A stretch of 60,685 bases of DNA, filler included, from Nemertoderma westbladi (lineage: Eukaryota; Animalia; Xenacoelomorpha), in assembly GCA_032718475.1 (NCBI GenBank). It is 3 parts of 3 records of this genome, joined end to end, with 100 filler letters (N's around TTAATTAATTAA, not from the genome) between each part and the next. Parts side by side here need not be neighbours in the genome. Positions count along the whole stretch, not along the records: positions 47,934 to 60,685 come from JAUCBJ010004723.1; 2 more parts are not named here. The stretch is one strand, 5' to 3'. The notes under the pieces are model-generated. The model ran no database searches. It saw only the letters and a list, made by a program, of their open reading frames with translations, and was not told where the DNA came from. Positions 51,529-60,685 of the stretch are shown piece after piece. Position 1 is the first letter of the stretch. Each line of letters begins with the position of its first letter. Both the position numbers and the translations under genes were made by a program.

Positions 51529-54304
51529 ACTGTACTGTTCCGGTACTCACCTACTCATTTCTGAATGTTTTAAAATTTATAACTCGTCATAACTTGTGAA
51601 CTTGTCATTATGGCCTTTATTACTGTATTATGGTATCACGAACTATTAGTTAAACTTTTCGATAAATAATATGGATTAGTTTTCGCTCTTATTTTGTTTA
51701 CAATTATTAATTGGACTCAATTTATCATGGGTGGCGGATACTTGGCTTTACATGTTGACTAGGATCGATGTTTTCCGGACTACAGTATTACTGTATTCAC
51801 TACACATAATAAAGTGATACACTTTTTTACAAGGCCTACCTGACATATATATTCTAGACCTCAGAATTGAGATTTTGCGAGGTCTTCGACTGCAGTTACC
51901 CAGTATGTTTTTAGGTGGTAAAGTGATTAGGGGACATTTGCTTAGATTTTGCTAATAATTCTATCGAGTTGACACTTAACATACGTTTATGTCACGTGCT
52001 GCGCGAAGGCCACACTTCGTGAGAATCTACATTACAGTTACTGTCTTCCCTGGACCCGGACTTGGCCCATGCAGAGCAATAGTGTCAAGACATCTGCTAC
52101 AGCTGACATAATTTCCTTATAAATACAGTATTTGCTTCCCACTTTTGATTTTTGCGTTTTCGAACAAATGCGTCAATAAGTGTTATTAAATTATTAAATA
52201 GTTATAATCTAATAAACCCAACACCGGATAAACGGGTTAGGTTAGTTTAGTAATAATGTGGGCAACTTACCAAAACCTATTAATAGTTCAACAATTTCAA
52301 ACCATCTATGCATTTTTCTGTCCACGCCCAATGAATAGAGGACAACCCAGATAGGTAGATAGTAAATCAATTGGTTTATGTTGTACCTGTACAATTATTG
52401 TACTGCATTGCTAGGCCATAAGTTATTGGAACGCGGAAGTGACCTACAGTATAGATAGATGGGTAGATATAGGCACTACTGTGGGACTGTGTCACAGGGA
52501 AAGTGTAATGTAACGCACAGTGTGTAAACAATCTAAACATTTATATTTTAAATAAATATAATATTACCGTGGTATTTGTTATTCATTCGTCTCGGATATT
52601 ACAATGTAGGTGGGAAGTCTTACATTTTGTAAGGTAATTATCGTTATTTATTGGCAGTATTATTTTTAATTTCATATTTAAACATTACGGATATTTCAGC
52701 GCTCTGTATTCCAGATTCACCTATCCTTAACCAACATTATAGATCCGGTTATTGTGGTTTAATTTAACAGGTAACCCTACCGGCACAGCTATCGGTACAG
52801 CTACCGGCACAGCTACAGACACAGCTACCGGAACAGCAGCTACCGCAGCGCTTGGGTGACATCTATTTTTTTTTTGGTTTTCCCAGCATAAACTCTTCCA
52901 AACATCTAATCAAAATCGATGCCACAACTTTTACAGAATCGTTTGGACGACTTCGCAAAACAAATGATTGTGGTTTTTGTCAAAGCAATTAATAGTCCAT
53001 AATAAGTAATATTGTTGGGCAGTTTGCAGATAGATTTTAATTCTTAGTCCCTTTATCTATTCATACAAAGATCATGACCTTCAAAGATCGTTCATACAAA
53101 GATCTACAAGAAAGTTGGGAAATTTTGCACAATTATGTGCACCTTTGTTATCAGGTATGACTTAAGTTATTAATTAAAAACTTAACAAGCTTTTAACTTA
53201 TCTTTACCAGAGTTTTGAAATAAGTTTGTCAAATTTATATGGAAACAAATTTGATTGGATATTCGTTGTTATCTATTCCATCTACGAAAACTGGAAAACA
53301 ACTAACAGCCGAATGAGCAAAGTTGAAAATGAAACCTCTGATATTGACTTGACCCTTGTTTTTCTATTGTTTTGGTTAGAATGTGCGAGTGTAATGAAGG
53401 GGTATTCAGGCGTTTTGACTGCCCTGCAGCTGTAGCAGCACCTTGAGGGCCGTTCACATCCAACGGAATAAATAAGCCTACACCGCTCTGTGTACCGCAG
53501 GGGCAGCGGTTGTGGTACACCGCTGAGTGTGAACGACCCTGCGGTATACGAGCGGTTTCTGAGCGGTGGTTGATAGACGACCAGTTACCGCAACGGTACC
53601 GTTGAGTGTGAACAGGCTCCGGGTAGTGTAGCGCTGGCTTACCGCTTCAATACCGAAGACTAACCATTGGGACCAAACTACCTATCAACTGGTAGATTAC
53701 CGCTCATACGCCAGTGAGTCTGAACGGGCCGTAACATTGTAGGCCAGTCTATCCCAGACGCTTATGTTCGGTAGTAGATCCACCCCGGGGAAACATTAGA
53801 TCTGAGGAAAAGCGATGTTGATTCAAATAAAGTATAATGTTGGCTTGGTCAGGTCAGTCATATGAGATACAGTTTACTGCTTGGGTCTAATTCTTTGTCA
53901 AAGAGAAATATTCGCCCTCAGTGCGCAGGTTGGACGAGGATGGAGGAACTATTGACCGCGGATTCACGGATTTAATAAAATATTAACAATTAAGGGAATA
54001 ATGGTTCAGTAATGTTGGAATGTTTTTTCTATCCAAAAGCATACACAGTAATAGTCAGTACATCGTTGCTATAGGTATATAGTAATATATATATATATAC
54101 TGTATATAAAATATATTATATTAAAAAATATATTATAGAGTAATATATATATATATACATATACTAATAGAATATAACCAATAATGCTGACGAAAGAAAT
54201 ACAATATGGCAAAATGAGATGAATGTGTCAGACATAGGCTACGTGTAACTAATTAAAACATGTGTATACTCTCTAATATTTGATGTCGTACATATTTCAT
54301 TAAA

Positions 54305-57300
54305 ATGAAGATGTCTGGGTATATGTTTATATTACTGATATTGTGTTATCAACATATCGGTTTCAGTTACATTATATTCCAACAACACCTGAATCTGTCT
54401 GAGACATCAATCTCGATCGCTCGCTGCTTTAGTAATGATTCCTATCCTGCAATAGATCAGGTCTTTGAAATTATCCCAGTGACAACAACTCCAGTGCCAC
54501 CTACAACAACGACCACTACTATTGCTACCACTACCAATAGTACGGCTACCACTACCAATAGTACGGATGACAATTCAACAGAAACAACAACAACAACCTC
54601 AACGATAAAAACAACCTCAACGATTTCATCAACTTCTACGGCCAGTAGTACCGAATCAACTACAGAGTCTAGTACAAATAGCATTGCAACAACACGAGGT
54701 ATTGTTATTAATTAAATAGTTGACGTTTTAACATTAGTATACACCATGTCCTGGAATATAGAGTCGTTATTGAGGTACCTGGACCCCCCCCCCCCCCCCC
54801 CCCCCCAAAAAAAAAGAAAATTTTTCTACAAATCTTAATGAGATTGCATGAAATTTAAAACAGAGATAGTTTCACCTCTCTCCTTCTTGCTGGGTGAACC
54901 AGAATTTTTATTTTTGCTTTCATTCTTTAGCTACAAGCTTTTGAAAAAGGTGTCTCCGTCGGTATTTCACCAGTTACACCGCAGTTATTCTTCAACCTTA
55001 TAGCGATTTGTTGATATTGACGGACAGCGGGACAAGGATTACAAATATGTATCGTAATCTGAAATTGGTCGTAAAATAGCTGAGATATGAGCGTTCAAAT
55101 GTTGTATGATTTAGAATCTGCGCGAGGCTATATTATTCCATTTAATTAATAATCCATATTCTAGAACACTTTGTTTATGTACGAATAGCTACGCAATAGT
55201 ATGATTACAGAGTTATTACATTGTTGCTACGTATGGGATAAACAACATGTTCTAGAATATGGTGTATTTTCTTAATAGAATAAAATAACCTTGCGCATGT
55301 GTAAAACCATGCAACTTTAGAATGCCCACATCTCTGCTGTTTTACGACGAAATTCAAATTGTAATACATATTTAGAATCCTTGCATGGCCAGCTTTCCGT
55401 CAATGTCAACGAATCGCTATAAGGTTGAAGAATAACTGCGGTGCAACTGGCGCAATACCGACGAAGACACCTTTTTCAAACACTTGTAGCTAAAGAATGA
55501 AAGCAAAAATAAAAATTCTAGGAGGCTAGGAGGAGGGAGGTGAAGCTATCTCTGGTTCAAATTTCATGCTATCTCATTAAGATTTGTAGAAAAATTTGGG
55601 GGGGGGGGGGGGGGGGGGTCCAGGTACCTGAATAACGACACTATATTCCAGGACATGGTGTAGATAGATAGCTAATATAATAATACAGGGTGTCCCCGTG
55701 GAATACTAAATATACACGGGAGGACAAATGTATCATACGGCCCCTGGAGGCAATCTTTTGATTTTATAAAACGATAGATATGGATGACAGAAAACCGCTG
55801 CTAATTTTTTTTTTTGCAAATCTGTCGTGCCGTATTTGAGATATAACATTTTATATTATTATAACTGTTTATTGTTGGGCACAGCTTTTGCAAAGTCGGC
55901 AATGACTTCCAGGTGGGATCGAACTGGTGACCTCCGAGTTGGAAGTCTGACGCTCTAACCATTCAGCTAGCGGCTCAGGTAAAAGCTTTTTATATGACGC
56001 TCCCATGGCCTACTATATATATACGACATTAGCTAATAATTTTGACACTGGTTCCCACATCCTACTTCCTTCTTCAAACTTCCTTCTACGAGATCTTTGG
56101 GATTGCTTAATTATTAAATTGGGATGATATAGTGAGTCCTCAATATGGACCTGAAGATAACCTGAAATCTCTTATGTACATTCTCACGTCAATTCAGGAT
56201 GATTGTATTCCGAAACAAAAACCCAAATTCAACAAACTCGACGCCAATTCAAATCGTCTGCAACGTTATCTTCATCGAATAAAGTCTAAGATAAAGAATG
56301 CCACAGATCCAAACAGATTAGCTATACTGAGGGATAAATTGGAGTCTGTTAACAAACTACTTCATGACAGTATCATTGCAAATAAACTTAGGTTCGAAAA
56401 TAACGTGCTCAGACATAAAGACAGAAAGAAGTTTTGGCCCTACACCAAAAGTAATATGGTGCGTAGATCCAATATTCCTACAATGAAAGAAAATAATGGG
56501 AAGTAAATTACCAAAGACGATGATAAAGCAAATTTGTTTAATAACATTTTCGCTGCTAACTTTACAACTGATGATGGAAACAAACCATATCTGGCTCCCA
56601 GGAACCCTGCTGGTTTCAACCTGACAGAGATTACTTTTAGCTATAATGATGTTCTAAATGTATTAAAAATACTGAACCCATGTAAGGCCAGTGGGCCAGA
56701 CAACATTGATTCAAGGTTGCTCAATAGGCTCAAGTTTGTTTTGGCTGCTCCTTTAAGTCGGTTATTTCAACAGTCCTTCGACACTGGAATTGTACCCTCT
56801 ATTTGGCGTGAAGCAAACGTAGTACCTCTATACAAAAACTCGGGATCTCGTTCAAATGGTAGTAACTACCGTGCTATATCTTTACCTTCCCTCATAGTTA
56901 AGTTAATGGAGTCTATTATACGGAACAAAATGATGGATTACTTATTGTTTTTCGGTGCTATCACCAAATACCAACACGGGTTTCTTTGCAACAAATCAAC
57001 CTTCTCACAGCTTTTGGAATGTTCCACAGACTGGGTTCGTATTCGCAATTTAAGTCAACCAATCGACATTGTATATACCGACTTCAAACGGGCGTTTGAT
57101 AGAGTTTCACATCAGAAACTGCTCCTGAAGTTACAATGCTACGATGCTACAGCGTGTCAGCATTAATGGTAAATTGTCCTCATCAATACCGGTAATCAGT
57201 GGAGTTCCTCAGGGCAGTGTTCTTGCTTCACTCCGTTTTGTTATTTTGTTTTTGTTATTGCGATTTGTATTTCAACTCATACTGGAATCAAACTTTATGC

Positions 57301-59897
57301 TGACGATACTAAGCTACATAGAGCTGTTCTATCAATTGATGATTATCGTAAATTGCAACATGATATTGATACTCTTCATTTATGGTCTGAATTATGGCAA
57401 TTGCATTTTAATTTGAAGAAGTGTGGCATCATAACCCTTCAAGGAACTACCACTATTCATTCACCACGACAATATCGAATGGATAACCAAGTTCTGCCAA
57501 TGTTGGCTTCCTCTAGAGACCAGGGGGTTGAAATATCCGGCGATTTAAGGTATAGTTAACATGTAAGTATTATTGCCAGTAAGGCCAGGCAAGTATGTCA
57601 TCAGATACGGAGAGCCTTTGGCCACCGGGATGCAAATTTACAATTTGGCTTCTTCGAAACATTTGCCAGGCCAATATTAGAGTACAATGCTGTAATCTGG
57701 AACCCATCACTAATCAAGGATATTGATGCGATTGAACGAGTGCAGAGGGACTTTACACGATTTCTGCCTGGGTACAAAGAATTATCTTATCATCAACGAT
57801 TATTTCGCCTAAGACTGATCCCCTTGAAGTTCGTCGCATTAAGAAATGCATACAGAAATGTACAAAATAGTTACCCTTAACAACAATGCAGGCAATTTCT
57901 TTACTCTTTCCAATTTATGTTCTATCAGAGGTCACTCCAAGAAACTGGTGTTACCGCGTTCTAACTCTAACATTTTGCAGAGCCACTTCACAGTTCGTCG
58001 GATCTCACTCTGGACGGAACAGCCTTGATGAGAGCACGGTGACTTCTAGATCACTTTCTTTATTCCGCAAGGCAATCAATAATATTAACTTACTTGGTCA
58101 TTGTAAAGGGACTGGAAGGATTCCATGTATGATGTCCATCCATGGCCACCTCATTGAGTAGCTAGCTAGTGACGATATCTACAAATCAACTGCAACACTT
58201 CTTATCTGATTTAATATATTTTTAAGTATCATATGTTCTCCTTGTGTTTTAATTCTAGCCATACTGTATTTTACTTAATCACTTTGTGGTGCTTTTTATA
58301 AGCATGGCTGAGTGCCATCTCTGTATTGACCTAAAGTTATATGTATAACTTTATTTTAAATTAATTGATTTTAGAGAATTAAACAGCATTATTATTTCTA
58401 TAAATATTTTGTAGTAGCTAGTTCTTATTACTATTTGTATAGAAAATATTCCAGAACATGTTAGCTATTCATTTTTTTTTAAATATGTTCTAGAATAAAT
58501 ATTTTTTCTTCTAGAACATTTTTTAGAAATAAATCTGGATTCTATTTAAAACGCATGGCATCGTTCTAAAACGTGTTTAAAATCTTAAATAGAATACAGA
58601 TTTTATTCTAAAAAATGTTCTAGAACAAAAAATATTTGTTCTAGAACATATTTTTTATCAAATTGAATAGCTAACATGTTGTGGAACATTTTCTATACAA
58701 TAGTAAGAAGAACTACAAAATATTTATAGAGGGAAGTAGGATGTCGGAACCAGTGTTGAAATTACTAGCTAAACCTATCTAAAACACTAGCTACCATATA
58801 ATTTAGTATCTTGCTTAACGAGGAGACTTCAATTCAGTCAAATTAAAGAATTATATCAAAATATCAAATTGTTGTAAAAAAAAACTTTCTCAGTCTCTTT
58901 CTGAATGGCCTTAAAATGCAGCTTATTAGGCCGTGTATATATAGTAGGCCATGGGAGCGTCATATAAAATGCTATATCTCAAAAACGGCACGACAGATTT
59001 GGATAAAAATTTAGCAGCGGTTTTCTGTCATCCATATCTATCGTTTTATAAAATAAAAAGATTGCCTCCAGGGGTCGTATGATACATTTGTCCTTCCGTG
59101 TATATTTAGTATTCCATGTTGTCCCACACAATTTGTGTATTTTTATCATTCATTGTTATTCATTATTTGACCTTATATTATCTTCCTTATATTATTAGTA
59201 TAGCCCGGATCACCATTTTTCAAGATTTATTAAAATATTTTTTTTTATGGTTTTTATGGATTATTTCTTGTGTAAATGTTCTCTAAACATCTTGCAAATG
59301 TTTTTTAATGATAAATTTATGTTCTAGAACATTTGCTATAAATATCTAATTTCAACCAATAATGGTTAAATCAAGATCAGGATTGGGTTTCTTTGGGAAT
59401 TATGAAAGGATTTGATATTATTTCATTAACAGTGTTATAAAAAACAGTGTTTTAGAAATAATAAACATCTTTGAAACAAAAATGAAAACAAAACAATAGT
59501 ATAATTGAGTTTTAAAAATCTCAGCAAAATGTTGATAAAACAAATAGCTAATGTTCTAGAACAAAAATTTCGTGAATTTTTTTATTGGAAAATAATTATA
59601 AGATGTTTAGATAACATTTACACAACAAATAATCCATAAAAACCATATTTTAAAAAATCTTGAAAATGGAGACCCGGAAAATACTAATTAATGCATTATC
59701 TTCCTACGGTTTCTTTCCTATGTTTCTTCCTACGGTTTCTTTCCTATGTTTCTTCCAATATATAATATTGATTATTTTTCTAGATGTGAGATATGGCCTT
59801 TTCTTCACTCAAGAAGAAATCGTCAGTCCCGGTATATTTAAGTGTTCTGACAATTCAGGATCCAGTGCGCTGTTGGTCGCCGTACATAGAGGAATAG
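54305..59897 (+). CDS. Secreted or membrane glycoprotein: signal peptide, Thr/Ser-rich tract, probable Ig-like domain; 3'-incomplete
   Basis: Exon 54305-54698 (G|gtattg) joins exon 59784-59897 (ttctag|AT...G|gttagt) in phase 1; hydrophobic N-terminus, several N-x-S/T sites, 'ARCFS' and 'PGIFKCSD'. Confidence 0.7.
54742..55660. mobile_element. Palindromic MITE, TA-flanked
   Basis: TA-CACCATGTCCTGGAATATAG ... CTATATTCCAGGACATGGTG-TA; arms about 400 bp. Confidence 0.92.
55857..55987 (-). mobile_element. tRNA-derived SINE
   Basis: A box TAGCTGAATGG, loop CTTCCAA, B box GTTCGATCC; 8-bp TSD TTTTATAT (55849-55856, 55988-55995); poor acceptor stem. Confidence 0.75.
56029..58772. mobile_element. Palindromic MITE split by CR1
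   Basis: ttagctaataattttgacactggttcccacatcctacttcc / ggaagtaggatgtcggaaccagtgttgaaattactagctaa; inner arms about 58397-58730. Confidence 0.8.
56070..58396 (+). mobile_element. 5'-truncated, frameshifted CR1-clade LINE
   Basis: 'KASGPDNI', 'NYRAISL', 'QHGF', 'DFKRAFDRVSH', 'SGVPQGSVL', KLYADD at about 57290, RPILEY. Confidence 0.92.
59205..59677. mobile_element. Palindromic MITE
   Basis: ccggatcaccatttttcaagattt / aaatcttgaaaatggagacccgg; inner arms also match. Confidence 0.75.
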
Positions 59898-60112
59898 GTT
59901 AGTTGTAGTTTGGATATTTATTTCTATATTATACATGTTTAGTAAATAACTTTATTTGCTGTTAGTCACTTTTTTTTTATCGAAGTCGTTAACAAGATTG
60001 ACAAAAAAAGAACACTTTTTTATGTCAACTTCTAATCTATGTCAATTTCTAATACTTGCTAGTTTATAAGTGTTACAACACATGTTAGCTATCAATTTGG
60101 ATAAATATTTTT

Positions 60113-60685
60113 TGTAAGCGGATTCAATTACCCACCCAAAATGGGACCAGTGGCATTTTACCAATAATGTTGGCGATGTGAGATTACCAATAATAATCTC
60201 ACCTCATAACCAACTGGGGGGGGGGGGGGGGGGGGATACACGCCGTAAGCCACAGAGAGAGGTGAGAGGTCAAACCACCTCAGAGGGAGAAACCAGCTAG
60301 TGAGGCTAGCACCAAAGGGTTAACACAAACAGGGAGTGGCGAAGTGACAATTAGTATAATATAAGCCAATAGCGGGCAGGGAAGCACGTTGGGGAGGACA
60401 AGAACGCATCCATTGGGTATTAGAGGCCGCCCAGTAGCGTAGGGCTAAAACCAATATGTGTCAATGGTATAACTCTTGTGATCACTCATTATTGGTTCAG
60501 TTGAGTTAGTTAATTCCGTTCCGGTTGTGAGACCGGAATAGTTTTCACCGTCGTCGTCTTTATTCGATCATTACTGTATCGTTGTTACTGTTATTGTGCA
60601 CCGCATATCATCACATTCAGACTGTGCTATTATTAACTGCTGTGATTAACAACACTGGGAATCTAACTCTTATTTTCAACGGCCT
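60113..60685. mobile_element. LTR related to 45410-45857, cut by the window end
   Basis: TGTAAGCGGATTCAATT start; shared blocks attaccaata, caccgtcgtcgtc and aactctt..ttt.aacggcct. Confidence 0.7.

Larger units (their letters stand above)
55686..59118. mobile_element. Tc1/mariner-like MITE hosting nested insertions
   Basis: TA-CAGGGTGTCCC start; left arm about 55698-56025 is the reverse complement of about 58932-59118. Confidence 0.8.

Noticed and set aside
55905-55978. tRNA-Gly(TCC) gene
   Set aside because: Acceptor and anticodon stems pair poorly and the unit is TSD-flanked, so it is better explained as a SINE

Overview
AT-rich, intron-containing, transposon-dense DNA from an animal (probably a marine invertebrate; species cannot be assigned from the sequence), with two 100-bp assembly gaps carrying an artificial TTAATTAATTAA spacer. 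Four host genes can be reconstructed by hand. (1) An 11-exon, 5'-incomplete PLAT/lipoxygenase gene on + (2918-19921, 618 aa recovered) with intact iron ligands but a Gly at the Coffa site and a C-terminal Val. (2) An FHAD1 homologue on - encoded by one uninterrupted exon of about 4 kb that runs into a gap. (3) A two-exon secreted Kazal inhibitor on - that the ORF track misses. (4) The first two exons of a secreted or membrane protein with a Thr-rich insert inside a probable Ig domain. Most of the rest is nested mobile DNA: RTE, RTE-X, CR1 and L2-like LINEs, Gypsy and BEL/Pao fragments, solo LTRs, piggyBac-, Mutator- and Tc1-like MITEs, a tRNA-derived SINE and several satellites. The best candidate for something undescribed is a pair of ~2.77-kb non-coding LTR-like repeats (28135-30909, 48538-51303). 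Each carries two copies of a ~110-nt module that shows within-LTR homogenisation and stem-preserving variation, i.e. a candidate structured nucleic-acid element. All family assignments come from motif recognition by eye; no database search was run.
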